A DNA stretch of 52,598 nt from Callorhinchus milii. Taxonomy: Eukaryota. This document shows positions 25,347-38,876 of this stretch, piece by piece. Position 1 is the stretch's first letter; every line of letters starts with the position of its first letter. The position numbers and the translations under genes are program-made. The notes under the pieces are model-generated. The model saw only the letters and a program-made list of their open reading frames with translations, was not told the origin of the DNA and ran no database searches. The stretch is from NCBI RefSeq assembly GCF_018977255.1, contig NW_024705347.1, positions 1-52,598 on the forward strand, written 5' to 3'.

Positions 25347-25640
25347 ATAATAATAATAATAATAATACTCCTTGCATTTGATATAGCGCTTTTCACGTCG
25401 GGAAGACGTGCCAAAGCACTTCACAGAATACACTTTAAAGTGAATTGACTGCATATTTGTGGGCGAACCCGGCAGCAAATTGCGCACAGCGATGTCCCAC
25501 AAACAGTCGTAGATTGAAAATGAACAATTTATTATTGATTTGGGTTTTGGAGGGATTATAATTCGGCTCTGTGTGGAGTAAGGAAACTTGCCAAATGTTT
25601 CGCCCTGATCTGATCTGCTCTAACAACTGAGCGACAGGTC
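25347..25640 (-). mobile_element. tRNA-derived SINE with a deleted B-box region
   Basis: Close match to 44237-44556, with a (TTA)n tail. Confidence 0.85.
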
Positions 25641-26075
25641 TCTGTATCGATGGCCTCGTCCATGTATAATTGGACTGGTATCTGTGTTAAAGGCCGGGTC
25701 TATATGTGTAACAGGTTTGGTCACTACATACCAGCCTGGTCTTGTATGAGAGGCCTGATTCAACTAACAATCTTGTATAACTAGCCTGATATCTGGATAA
25801 AAACTAGGTATCAACACAAGATCCCTGGTCTCTGCATAACTGGTCTGCTTTCGTAAAATATCGCGGTTCTCTATTCAACAGCTCTTGTCACTTAAAACAG
25901 GTCTGATCTCTGTGTAACTGGCATGGATTCTTTATAAAAGGTCTGTTCACAAAAGCTCTGGTCTCTGTATAACAGGTCTGGTCACTGTACTCAATGCCTG
26001 GTCACTGTACAACTGGCCGGATATCTGTCCAACAGCTCTGGTCTCCGCCCGACAGCTCTGATCTCTATAACTGGC
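25640..26075 (+). repeat. Degenerate 20-bp minisatellite of the TGGTCTCTGTATAACAGG type
   Basis: Recurring ggtctctgtataac variants. Confidence 0.7.
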
Positions 26076-26499
26076 ATTACATTAAATGCTGCCGATGTAA
26101 GAGAACTGTGATGGCTTGTTTTATATTGACACTCTCGTTGTGTACTATTTGATATAACTTTTTTTAAGTTTTCGAGGCTACTTAAGGCGTTTTCCATGAC
26201 ACACTGTGAACCAAATTGTCTGTATATCACGTTAGCGAATCGCAGTTAGATGGGCGTTGTCATAATTATTCATTAGATATTCATAACTCCACAAATAGAA
26301 GAAACGATCGTTTCATTCATTTTATGTGTTTGTACTTTACCAAGTAAATAAAACAGAGAATGATGGAATTAGTTAATTCATCAGTGGTGTTGATGGAGAA
26401 TCATTGGATACACTATCCGGAAAGCGTACAAACCACTGTTTAATGTGGGTCGGAAAGTGTGAAGAACTGTGTGCGGAAAGGCCCAATGTCTCTGTGTTC

Positions 26500-26960
26500 A
26501 AAAGGGGAAAGCGATAGTAATTTTAAAAGTAACAAACATTGCGTCTGATACCGCCATATTACGTTTTCAATACGCCTCAAAACGCTTAAGATAATATATT
26601 GTAGAGCGATTTGAATCTACTTTGTGAGTGAAACGCCGCAGCCATTTGCACACACCGTCAGTGCAGATCAATTCGTATCCACATTGCAGCGACCCCACAA
26701 TATAGCGCCACTGCGGCTGCGGACGCGACTGGTCACAGTAATGTGGGTGACAGTCAGAGACTTGAGCAGCAAAATCAGAAGGAATGTGTGTGTCGGGAGT
26801 GTCGTAACATCAAACGGATTAAATGCGGCCTTTGGAGGTAAGTCTGATGGCTTGTTTCATACCGATACTCTGATAGTATGCTGTGCAAATAAAAAATTAC
26901 CAGGTCATGCTCTTCCACAAGTAAATCGCAATCAATGCATAGCGTGTGTTGTTAATACCT
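26500..26960 (-). pseudogene. Heavily decayed fourth GPR139-like paralog (TM5/ICL3 recognisable)
   Basis: 26720-26790 translates to FLLILLLKSLTVTHITVTSRVRSR, versus FVLILLLNALTVSHILESSRARRR in gene 2. A weak IAFPF C-terminal match lies near 26510. Boundaries are approximate. Confidence 0.65.
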
Positions 26961-27381
26961 TTATTTATTGTCAACATAAAGCCTTTAATCCACGAGCAAA
27001 CTCATCAGTTTAACCCATTCCTTGTATACTTTTCTACTTTTTGTCTTCGACTCATTAGCTCTTACTGAATTGTCTTTGATTTCTTAAAGCGAGAGCCTAC
27101 AACACTTATTCACACACACAAACACACCCATACAGATACAGACACCACACACACACATATACACACACACAAGCAGAACCACTGAAAGAAACGAAAATAT
27201 ACGCACTCGCACAAACGCACATCCAACGGCAGACATAAACACACATCTGCACACACACCCTCACACATACAGACACACAAACGGAGACACTGCATCAGAG
27301 ACACTAACACACAGATACATTACGAATCCTATCACTGTGTCGGTTCAGTCACACAGACACACAAACCACTGGCGAAGTTTG

Positions 27382-28297
27382 TCAATGGAATAATCTGACA
27401 ACCAGAATAAAAGGAAATGTCACCGCTTTCCTAATTTCCGCTCTGAATTTAGTCTGAGTAACCGCGTAAATACACGTGTTTGTACAGCAACTCAAATACA
27501 CCAGCATGAAGGCAACACGCCAGATGATAAACGAAGGGTCATTATACCCTGTGTAGTAATATTTTTTTGAAAACCTCCAGTATAAGAAAAATAAAACAAA
27601 TGTTATCCATAATAATATAAAATTTGCAGAAACAGCAAAGAGTAAAATGATGGATTTCTTTCTCTTCCTCATCTCTGGATCACTGTCACTCGCTCCTCTA
27701 TTCCTGTCCCCATAACTATGTCCTCGCAATCTCCTGCGGGCTCGGCTGGACTCCAGTATGTGGCTGACAGTCAGGGCGTTGAGCAGCAAAATCAGAACGA
27801 ATGGGAGAAACGGGGTTAAAATAACGTGGAGCCAATCAAACACTATCCATGAGAGGGAAGTGTGATAGCTGGGTTTATATTGGCATCCCTTGGTGTGTCG
27901 TTAACTATGTACTGCGGTACATATACAAAATACCAGGGAAAGTTTTCCACAAAGAAGATCAGAGCCAATACCGCTATCACCCTCAGAGCTGTTTTTTCGG
28001 TGCAATATTTTGTTTTAAATTTGGGGCAACAGAAGGCGACATATCGATCAAAGGTGAAAGCTACTGTTAACCACACAGACATTGACCTTGTTGTACAATC
28101 CAGGAAACTAATCAGCCGGCAAATATGAGTGATGCTGACGAATGAATTTGGGAAGTGAAAGTAAACAATGCGTACGAATATCACTGTTATGATAACCGCC
28201 ATCAGATCGGCCACTGTCATGGCCACCAGATAGCGAGAGATGCATTTGGAGAGACCGCACCGCCCTCGACACAGGATCACAATCGCCAATATGTTCG
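27382..28297 (-). pseudogene. GPR139-like GPCR gene 2, exon 2, with one 1-nt frameshift in ECL2
   Basis: Acceptor ctctctgtAG at 28298. Two ORFs join if one base is added at the CCC run 27887-27889, giving ...DTPRGCQYKPSYHTSLSWIVFDW. DRY and CTNTCIY motifs are present. Confidence 0.85.
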
Positions 28298-28869
28298 CTA
28301 CAGAGAGTGAGAAAGAGACGATTAGTCATAATGAACATTGGAAGAGATCAGAGAGTGTTGATGAACTGAACGCTGTGGAATGAGGCAACAGTCGCCTCCA
28401 AAATTCAAACTCCATTTTTTGAGATTTGAAGGCAGATGGAGCCAAACGTGATCCGCTGTGCATCAACTTCCGGTCAAGGGATACAGAAAGAGAGAGAGAA
28501 ATACAGATAGAGAGAGGTTCGGGGTGGAGAGACACACTGGCAGAGAGAGAAAGAGAGAAAAAAACATAGAGAAAAGGGCAATAAGAACAAACAGAGCGAA
28601 TTTAATTCAAACGCGGCAGCTGAACAGCGCACAAACAGCAATTAAACCAGTGACCAATTTTATATGGGAGATTTTTGTCCGGGACACCACGATACATTTG
28701 CTTCTCTTTTCGAGCCGACTCGAATAATTGATGAAGCGCTGCATCAAGTGGAAGTATTATCATTATTGTTACTGTAACAGTTTAAACATCCCAACAGAAA
28801 AGGTTGTTTTTGCTTATTCACTTCCCTTTCTCACGAAGGCACCTGTAACCATGGAGCTCACCCTCTCGC

Positions 28870-29020
28870 CCTGTGTGTAAGGTCTGAGATGATACCCTGT
28901 GTGAGAGGCGTTACCCTCCAGCACTTTGCGTTCGGTCTGAGATGATACCGTGTGTGAGGAGTGCTATCCTCCACCACTGTGTGTAACGTCTGAGACACTG
29001 CCCTGTGTGAGAGGCGCGAC
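28870..29020 (+). repeat. ~53-bp tandem repeat, 3 copies, in the gene 2 intron
   Basis: gtctgaga...tgtgtgag(a)gg recurs three times. Confidence 0.7.
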
Positions 29021-29194
29021 ACTAAAGTAGTTTGTTTTTGATGTCGAGTGTCAGTCTTCAGTGTGAGGTTAATGTCTTGACATGGGACTAAACCCTACAA
29101 CGCTCTGATTCACATGGGAGAATGCAACCGACTGAGTCAGTCTGAAAACGGTACTCCTTATTTCTGTGGATAATAAACTGGTTAAACTACTTGC

Positions 29195-29264
29195 CAGGAA
29201 CTCCAACAGCAGCGAGAATTGGGTCGTAAATCCGCTCTATCCTAAAAATGATCGGAATTCTCAT
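29195..29264 (-). pseudogene. GPR139-like GPCR gene 2, coding exon 1 (MRIPIIFRIERIYDPILAAVGVP)
   Basis: 70 nt, AAGATG start context, phase-1 donor G|GCAAGT (GC-AG), in frame with 28297. Confidence 0.85.
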
Positions 29265-29839
29265 CTTCACAGAGAACAAAAGCGATTCTTCCTCTTGGTA
29301 CAGGACGCAGCTCACGCTGTGGGATGACGCTCAATAGCATAAATCGGCGCCGTATTTTATCCAAAGCGGAGAACGCTTTGATGAGCAATTTTACCGCGTG
29401 TTCACAGAAGAGTTTGTGCCGTGGGGAAAACACACTCTCCCTGAGTTATACAATTCAACTCAGTTATTCTGGCAGCAGCAGGTGGTTTTCCATCCAGGCA
29501 GAAAGCCTTTGCCTGTAATATCCCAGACGCTACCATGCGTAATACAAATTGTTTTTCAGGTATCTAAATCACCTGAGAGATTCACATGTGTCCCCACTTT
29601 AAAGTGGAATTCGCCAGCCTGGAATAGAGGGCAAAATCTTTCCATTGGAGCACACAAGCTGCTTAAAGAACTGCAGAGAGTTTTCGGTACAGGAAGGGAA
29701 TAACAAAGGCCGTGTGACTGAAGTGTGGGCACTGGGAATGTTGCTGGAGTTTAGCTAAAGCTGAAACACTTGTCACGGAGAATAGTATTCCACACAATGC
29801 CAATAAGACTTTCTTACATTCCTTACGCCCAGCAATCAA

Positions 29840-30160
29840 TTGCTGCATCACCTGAAAAGTTATCAGCCTCACTCATTGGTGATATTCTCTCATCTGAATC
29901 AGAAATTGTGGTTTCCATATATTGTTGGCGATGCTTCGCATTGTCGGAGGTGATGGCATTTGAATGAGACGTTTTGCTGAGGATCCGGCTGCCTGTTCAG
30001 CTGGATGTTAAAATATCCCATGGCACTTTTCAAAAAGTCCAGGGAGTTTCTCCCAGTGTCGTGGGCAACAATTCCGCAAATACAATTATTTTCTCACTTC
30101 TTGAAAGTGTCTCGGACATTGCTGTGCGCAAACTGGCGGCTGTGTTTCGCACCAACAGAA
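29840..30160 (+). mobile_element. DeuSINE-like remnant
   Basis: ggatgttaaaatatcccatggcact...gggagtttctcccagtgtcgtgggcaac resembles the Deu domain and is followed by gctgtgcgcaaactggc. Confidence 0.6.
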
Positions 30161-30459
30161 ACACTGTTTCAGTGATGAAAGAGTTAAAGTGTGGAACAGG
30201 TTCCCTAAGGAGACGGTTCAAGCACTCAGTGTTGCTTCCTTGAAAAACATATTAGACAGTTTTCTTTTATGAAACAATATTATGGAATATAATACATAGG
30301 TAGGTCGGGACACATGTGCTTGCGACCGCCAGGAAGACGAGAGGCGACCCAAGTGACCCTTATTTTTTTTCACATCTCGCGTTTCTTATGTTCTCATGTT
30401 TCACTCAGTAATAATAATAAACTCCCCTTTACAGTTTATACGTTGAGCATTTGTGACAT

Positions 30460-33400
30460 TCAAGACCTGATGAGTAATGATTTAAATAGGAAGGGTTATT
30501 ATTAATGATTTATTATTATTATTGAAATATTTGTATCTGGAATTAATCTGTACAGTTACTAACGATTCCAACGGCTTCCAGGCTCCACATTCACCGCACT
30601 AAATGTTTATCCTCCGGCTGAAGATCCAGTACATGTGCATTCAACCGAGATACAACACAACAACAGCCACAACTATTGTTTACACAGTGTATTATTGCCA
30701 AGGAATTCATTATTTTATTATTGCCAAGTTGTAGAGAAAGCGGAGGTGACTCTGGGCAAAGGGCAAAGTAAGTTCAGGTCTGATCTGAAGAAGGGCATGG
30801 AGGGAGGGGCAAGGAGGAAGCCTCCTCGAGGGCAATACGTTTGACATGAAATCCAAAACACAATTACCACATCTTCCTGCCCATAATAGTAAAAAAAAAA
30901 CCTTCCCACTGAGCGATCGTTGCAACAGTTGTAGGTGCAGTGATTGAGCGTCAATGCTGCGATGTCTGCAAACCGATCAAGGTGTACTCCAAGGCCTGGT
31001 ACACACATATACGTTGGTGACACGATTCCAGTTTATAATTCCCAGCACATATCTGAATGACATCGCTCTTCAGAGCCGTGCGAGCACCTTTACAGGTCAA
31101 CCTGCGATCTACCAGCCATCTTGGTATTTGCAAGGTCCACATTCAGTGCCACATACCAGGAGTCCATGTCCTTGTTTGTTTCGCCACTGTGAAACGGACT
31201 CCAGCACCAGAATGCTCAATGAAACGGCAGTGTAGTTTTGAGCTCTAGCCCATTGCAGCCATTTTCCTTTTACCCCAAGTCTTCCACAACGCAAGTGGTA
31301 GACACTGCAATTGATCTGGAGGACATCTATCTGTGGCAAACTGAGGAGCTCCCAAGTTACAATGCAGAAACATGTCCTATAAGATTCACTCAGATTTTAC
31401 AAGACAAAAAGATAACTTGCATTGGAACATTGCTTTATTTTAACTTAGGCGATGATGACTGGAGAGATCTTGTCAGAGAAGAACAGAACTGTGTCCAAGC
31501 AAAAGTTTGCGTAGAATAAGCGAATTTTACAGCACAAAAAGAGGCCAACCGTCCCATCGTACCTGTGCCAGCTGCATGCAAAGCTACCGAATGACTCCCA
31601 CTCCCACATTCTTTTCCCACAGCAGGAATTTTTTTACTTTTGCAAATGTATATCCAATTCACTTATCGAAAGTTTTTATTGCATCTGCTTTTATCTCCTT
31701 TTCAGGCAGCGGCTTTCAGGTGATACAATCTCGCAGGGTAAATAAATATCTCTGTCTCCAGATGAATCGTGAAGAAGCAGGATCATTGTCAGGAAAGCCT
31801 GGAACACGTACTCCATGTCAATGATCCTCGGTGGCATCGTAATTAATGAACACATCTAAAGCGGTGGGTGATCGTGGCCTTGTACTGTCTTATCCCCACT
31901 TCAACAGGGATGTTTTCAGAGACCAGGGGCAACCCTAACATGGATTCCAGAGATGGAATACACATTCAGTGTGAAATCCAAATTTTTGGCCTTGTACTCC
32001 CATGGATTCCGGTTTCAAAAAAACGTTTGACGGAGTTGGATTTTTCGCTTCGACTTTGACGATCTGTGCTGCCATATCACAAACCCTACCTAATCTCGCA
32101 TAACTTCACAAACTGTGTCTCTAATTCTGTCTCTCTCTCTCTCTTTCTCTCTCTAACTGTCTCTCACTCTCTCTTTCTCTCTTTCACACTCTCTCGAACT
32201 GTCTCTCTCTCACTCTCTCTGTCTCTATCTGTCTCTGTGTCTCCCTCTGTCTCTGATTCCCCTCATTCTGAGTCTTCAAAGTGGAACAGTGCAAAATATT
32301 CCCAGTTCTGCATTTATATTAAATAAGTCGATGTGTTTTTGCATTAACTTTGTGTTTAAGTAGTAAACCATTTTCTGTGTAAAACACTGGAAACGGATTT
32401 GCTAAGTCCACACAATCCAGGTATTAAATGGACAGAGATAGAGAGAGTGTGAGAGAGAGAGTTAGAGAGAGAAAGATTGCGAGAGCGAGTTAGAGAGAGA
32501 GGGGGAGATAGAGAGAGAGTTAGAGTTAGAGAGAGAGACAGAGAGTTAGAGACAGAGAGAGTTAGAAAGAGAGTGTGAGAAAGTGAGAGAGAGTGTGAGA
32601 GAGTGTGAGAGTGATTTATAGAGAGTGTGAGAGAGATTTCGAGAGAGTGAGAGAGATTTAGAGAGAGAGATTTAGCGAGAGAAAGTGTGAGAGTGAGAGT
32701 GAGAGAGTTAGAGAGAAACAGAATTAGAGAGACACTCAGCTCGTGAAGTGACTGTGTAAATATGTTGAAAGTAAAACCTGTGGTTATTGTGTAGATTTGA
32801 AGCTGATGTTTTGAGTCACAGATTTACTCACAGTTTCACTTTGTGTTTCGGATAATTTTTAACCATTTAAACCTTTTTAATGAATCGCAAAGAAGAAAAT
32901 CTGTGACTGAGTTTAAGGTGGAATTTGGGGTTTGATAAACGATTCGCACTTTATACGTCGAAAGTCCGGGGCACTATTACACCCACTTCCCGGGTTTGTC
33001 CCCCGGGGTTTGGGATCAAAACCCAAACGCAAAGTCAATGTAAAAAGCGGTTTATATGTTTAATATTAATGCAGAATTGGGAATATTTTGCACCGATGCC
33101 CTTTGAACCCCGTGATCCAGCGGTTCCACAATCCGGTTCCGATGTTATTTTTTCTAGATTTGGGGTTAAGATTAAAACCCGAAGTCATCGCGAAAAAAAA
33201 AACACGTCCACGCCGTCGATGTTAATGCCAAAAAAAACGGAGTGTCATAAACCATTGCACATTGATCCCCGGGAACGTGGGGGGACTTTGCAAACCGTTC
33301 CCGAGTGTTATACACAGAGTGGATTGGGATTAAAACGCAAAGTTAATGCGAAAAGACTTCGATGTCTTTGGTGTCAGTGCAGAAATGGGGATGTGTTGCA

Positions 33401-34396
33401 CTTGTGCGCATTGAGCTCTGATGGCGTTGGGACTCAGAGAGACGGACACACACAGACAGACACTCAGAGACACACAGCGGCCATCGCGGCTCTGTCCCAG
33501 TGAGCCCCAGACTTGTGGCCCGAGGGTTCGGGACCCCACACCTTCCCCGGTGACAGCCCATAATCCCGGGAACAGCTCCACTGCAATTGATTCACCTGAA
33601 AGTGGGAATCGACCTCCAATGGCCCCCAAACTCCGCAGAAACCCGGGAAGCGGTTCGCGACGGTTAAGGCGCTCCCAATACTGCGTTAATCTCTCGATGG
33701 TATCGATGTGTTTTTTGGCGTCGACTTTGGGTGTGGATAATCACCCGCTATCCGGGTAACAACACGGGAATCGGGTTTAGAAGTCCCCGCGTCCCCGGGG
33801 TTTAAAGTGCATCGGTGCAAAATATTCCCAATTCTGCATTAATCTCAAACGTATCGACCGCTTTTAGCATTAACTCTCTCCCACTCTCTCACACTCAGTC
33901 CCTATTATCCCCTCTCTCTCTCTCTCTCTCTCTGTCAATCAGCCGCTGAGACACTGCTACAATCTCCTGATGTGTGGGGGGAGGGGGTCTCTATGGGTGG
34001 GAAAGGGGGGCTGTGTGTTTGGGGAGGGGGGTCTGTATGTGTGTGGAGGAGGGCTGTGTGTGTGGGGATGGGGACTGTATGTGTGGGAGGGGGGGCTGTA
34101 TGTATGGGGAGGAGGGCTGTGTGTGGCGAGGTGGACTGTGTGTGTGGGGAGGGGGGGATATATGTGTGGGGAGGGGGTCTGTATATGTGGCCAAGGGGGG
34201 GCTGTATGTGTGGGGATGGGAGGCTGTGTGTGTGGAGGGGGGGGCTGTATGTGTGGGGAGCGGGGCTGTTTGTGTGGGAAGTGGGGGATGTTTGTGTGCG
34301 GAGGGGGGCTGTATATGTGGAGGGGTGCTGTATTTGTGGGGAGGGGGGACTGTTTGTGTGGGGAGGGGACTGTATGTGTGGGGAGGGGGATGTTTG
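30460..34396 (+). repeat. Segmental duplication, copy B (partial, more diverged)
   Basis: Colinear with A from 3786 into the G-rich minisatellite. Confidence 0.92.
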
Positions 34397-37300
34397 TGAC
34401 TCCCACCCCCACATTCTTTTCCCATAGCCGCAATTTTTTTTACTTTTGCAAGTGTATATCCAATTCACTTATCGGAAGTTTTTATTGCATCTGCTTTTAT
34501 CTCCTTTTCAGGCAGTGGCTTACAGGTGATAAAATCTCGCAGGGTAAATAAATGTCTCTGTCTCCAGATGAATCGTGAAGAAGCAGGACCATTATCAGGA
34601 AAGCCTGGAACACGTACTCGATGTCAATGATCCTCGGTGGCATCGTAATTAATGAACACATCTAAAGCGGTGGGTGATCGTGGCCTTGTACTGTCTTATC
34701 CCCACTTCAACAGGGATGTTTTCAGAGACCAGGGGCAACCGTAACATGGATTCCAGAGATGGAATACACATTCTGTATCAAATCCAATTTTTTGGCCTTG
34801 TACTCCCATGGATTCCAGTCTCAAAAAAACGCTTGACGATCTTGCGAAAATCAACTAAAGTAACGGAGTTCGGTTTTTCGCTTAGACTTTGACGATCTGT
34901 GCTGTCATATCACAAACCCTACCCAATCTCGCATAACTTCACAAACTGTGTCTCTAATTCTGTCTCTCGCTCTCTCTCTCTAACTGTCTCACACTCTCTC
35001 TTTCTCTCTTTCACACTCTCTCTAACTCTTTCTCTCTAACTCTCTCTGTCTCTGTGTCTCTCTGTGTCTCTCTCTGTCTCTGTGTCTCTCTCTGTCTCTG
35101 ATTCCCCTCATCCTGCGTCTTCAAAGTGGACAGTGCAAAATATTCCCAATTCTGCATTAATGTTAAATATGTCGATGTGTTTTTGCATTAACTTTGTGTT
35201 TAAGTAATAAACCATTTTCTGTGTAAAACACTGGAAACGGTTTTGCAAAGTCCCCACATTCCAGGAATTATAGGGACAGAGATTGAGATAGTGTGACAGA
35301 GACAGTGAGAGAGAGAGAGTGTGAGAGTTAGAGAGAGAGAGAGAGAGAGAGAGAGTTAGAGAGAGAGAGCTAGAGTTAGAGAGAGAGAGACAGGGAGTTA
35401 GAGACAGAGAGAATTGTAGAGAGAGTGAGAGAGTGAGAGAGAGAGTGTGAGAGAGAGTGAGAGCGATTTAGAGACAGAGAGTGTGAGAGAGTGGGAGAGA
35501 TTGTGAGAGAGATTGAGAGAGAGATTTAGAGAGAGAGATTGTGAGAGATTGATAGAGAGTGAGAGAGTTAGAGAGATAGACAGAATTGGAGAGACACTCA
35601 GTTCGTGAAGTGACTGTGCAAATATATTGACAGAAAAACCTGTGGTTATTGGGTGGGTTTGAAGCTGATGTTTTGAGTCATAGATTTACACACAGTTTCA
35701 CTTTGTGTTTCAGATATATTTTACCATTTAAACCTTTTTAATGAATCGCAAAGAAGGAAATCTGTGACTGAGTTTAAGGCGGAATTTGGGGTTTGATAAA
35801 CGATTCGCACTTTGTACCACGAAAGTCCGGGGCACTATTACACCCACTTCCCGGGTTTGTCCCCCGGGGTTTGGGGTCGAAACCCAAACGCAAATTCAAT
35901 GCAAAAAGCGGTTTATATGTTTAATATTAATGCAGAATTGGGAATATTTTGCCCCGATGCACTTTGAACCCCGGGATCCGGGGGTTCACAATCCGCTTCC
36001 GATGTTTTTGTTTCCAGATTTGGGGTTAAAATTAAAACCCGAATTCATCGCAAAAAAAANCACATAGACGCCGTCGATGTTAACGCCAAAAAAAAAACGC
36101 AGTGTCATAAATTCTTGCACTTTGAGCCCCGGGAACGTGGGGGGACTTTGCAAACCGTTCGCGAGTGTTACACAGAGAGCGGATTGGGATTCACACGCAA
36201 AGTTAATGCTGAAAGACATCGATGTCTTTGGTGTCAGCGCAGAAATAGGGATGTGTTGCACTTGTGCGCATTGAGCTCTGAGGGCGTTGGGACTCAGAGA
36301 GACGGACACACACAGACAGACACTCAGAGACACACAGCGGCCATCGCGGCTCTGTCCCGGTGAGCCCCAGACTTGGGGGCCGAGGGTTCGGGACCCCACA
36401 CCTTCCCCGATGACAGCCCATAATCCCGGGAACAGCTCCACTGCAATTAATTCACCTGAAAGTGGGAATCGACCTCCAATGGCCCCCAAACACCGCTGAA
36501 ACCCGGGAAGCGGTTCGCTATGGTGAAGGCGTTCCCAATTCTGCGTTAATCTCTCGATGGTATCGATGTGTTTTTTGGCGTCGAATTTGGGTGTCGATAA
36601 TCACCTGCTATCCGGGTAACAACATGGGAAACGGGTTTAGAAGTCCCCGCGTCCCCGGGGTTTAAAGTGCATCGGTGCAAAATGTTCCCAATTCTGCATT
36701 AATCTCAAACGTATCGACCGCTTATTGCATCAACTCTCTCCCATTGTCTCACACTCATTCCCTATTTTCCCCTCTCTCTCTGTCTCTCACTGTCAATCAG
36801 CCGCTGAGCCTCTGCTACAATCTCCTGATGTGTGGGGAGGGGGTCTCTATGTGTGGGAAAGGGGGGCGGTGTGTTTGGGGAGGGGGGCCTGTATGTGTTT
36901 GGAGGAGAGCTGTGTGTGTGGGGATGGGGACTGTATGTGTGGGAGGGGGGCTGTATATGTGGGGAGGAGGCTGTGTGTGGCGAGGGGGACTGTGTGTGTG
37001 GGGAGGGGGTGGCGATGTGTGTGGGGAGGGGAGGCTGTGTGTGTGGAGTGGGGGCTGTATGTATGGGGAGGGGGCTGCGTGTGTGGGACGGGGGCAGTAT
37101 GTGTGGGGAGGGGGCTGTATGTGTGGGGATGGGGGCTGTATATGTGGGGGAAGGGGCTGTATTTGTGGGGAGCGGGGGATGATTCTGTTGGGAGGGGGCT
37201 GTATGTGTGGGGAGGGGGATGTATGTGTGCGGAGGGGGGTTGTATGTGTGGGGAGGGAGGCTGTTTGTTTGGGGATGCGGCTGTATATGCGGGGAGGTGG

Positions 37301-38292
37301 GGCTGCACGTGTGGGAAGTGGGGACTGTTTGTGTGGGAAGGGGTCTGTTTGTGTGGGGAGGGGGGCTGTATATGTGTGGTGTTGGCGCTGTCTGTGGTGG
37401 GGGGTGTGCTCTGTGTGGGGTTTGTGGGTGGGGAACGGTGTACGTGTGGGGAGGGTACCTGTGTGTGTATGGAGGGAATGGGGATGTGTGTGTGTGGGGG
37501 TGGGGGGGCGCACTGTGTGTGTGTGGTGAGGGGGTTTGTGTGTGAGGGTTCTGTGTGTGTGGGGGGGGCGCGACTGTGTCTTGGTGTGGGCGACTGTGTG
37601 TTTGTGTAGGTGGGTCGTCCTGTGTGGGGGGGGCGGGTGCTTTATGTCCTAACTGTGGGGACGCATATGTGGTTTGTGGGTTGTGGGGTGTTTGTGTGTT
37701 AAGGTGCTGTGCGTGTGTGTGCGGGGCTGTGTGTGTGGGGTGGAGCTGTTTGTGGGGGGTGTCTGTGTGTGGGGGGAGGGGCGGCAGTGCGTGTGGTTTG
37801 CGGGGGCCTGGGGTGTGCGGCGAGTGTCTGCATGCGTGGAGTGCGGGGGGGGGTGTTGGTCAGTGTAGGAGGGGAGGGTCCGGGTGTGTATGAAGCCACT
37901 CAGCCCAGTCAGTCTGAATCAGACCCCCACCCAACCCGCAATCACATGGGGTAAATAACTGACCCCCAACAGCAGAACAGTATAGAGTGTAACCTGATCG
38001 GCTTCAGAGCGAAAAACTACAACAACACATTGATCAACTGCTCATAAACTTATCTTTTAAACTACAAACAGCCCCTATTCCGCTGGAATTAAACCGCTAA
38101 ACATATCTGATTCTGATGGTAATAACCGGGGAGAGAAGGTACCTTCAGACCTATAAATACACTGTAATATATAAAATGTAGTGAAGTGATGTGAGCGCCG
38201 ACAGTGGAGGCCATGATTGGTGTCAGTGGGGACACACGGGCTCTCATTTCTCACCGCGCCATTCTGTTATACCCGCCAGCGGCCACACGCCA

Positions 38293-38486
38293 TGGTGACA
38301 GCCTGACATGTGCACAACAGCCACGCGTGTGTGAGGTCCCCTGGTGACAGCCTGACATGTGCACAACAGCCACGCGTGTGTGAGGTCCCCTGGTGACAGC
38401 CTGACATGTGCACAACAGCCACGCGTGTGTGAGGTCCCCTGGTGACAGCCTGACATGTGCACAACAGCCACGCGTGTGTGAGGTCC
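38293..38486 (+). repeat. Perfect 49-bp tandem repeat, ~4 copies (copy C)
   Basis: Identical to 9187-9380. Confidence 0.97.
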
Positions 38487-38635
38487 GGCAGGAGATGGCG
38501 GTTCCCCAACACGTGGACAGGAGAGAAGGCGACAAACTGCTGCACTGGAGTCTTCACTGTGAGTCAATGGTGTTGGATCGAGTGGATCTCCGCTGCAGAT
38601 CAAACATTAGTTATTTCCTTCACTTCTCAAAGCAG

Positions 38636-38876
38636 CTTCTCGTGTGGGGCTGCGAACAGCACCGGGTCCTGGAAAACTTTCCCACAGGAACAGCTTCTTT
38701 CACAGCATTTGCGGTGTTCCGTGTGTTTGGGATTTCACAAAACTCTTCACACATTCAGAACATTTATAGAGTTTCTCTCCTGAGATCGATCGCTGGTGAC
38801 TCTGCACAGATCCGAGTGTGAACCCCTTTTCTCCGACAGCATCAGTGATAGATCCCGGACACTCTCTCTGCTGTGA
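38636..38876 (-). pseudogene. Decayed C2H2 zinc-finger exon remnant (copy C)
   Basis: Same HQRSISGEKLYKCSECVKSF segment as in copy A. Confidence 0.65.
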
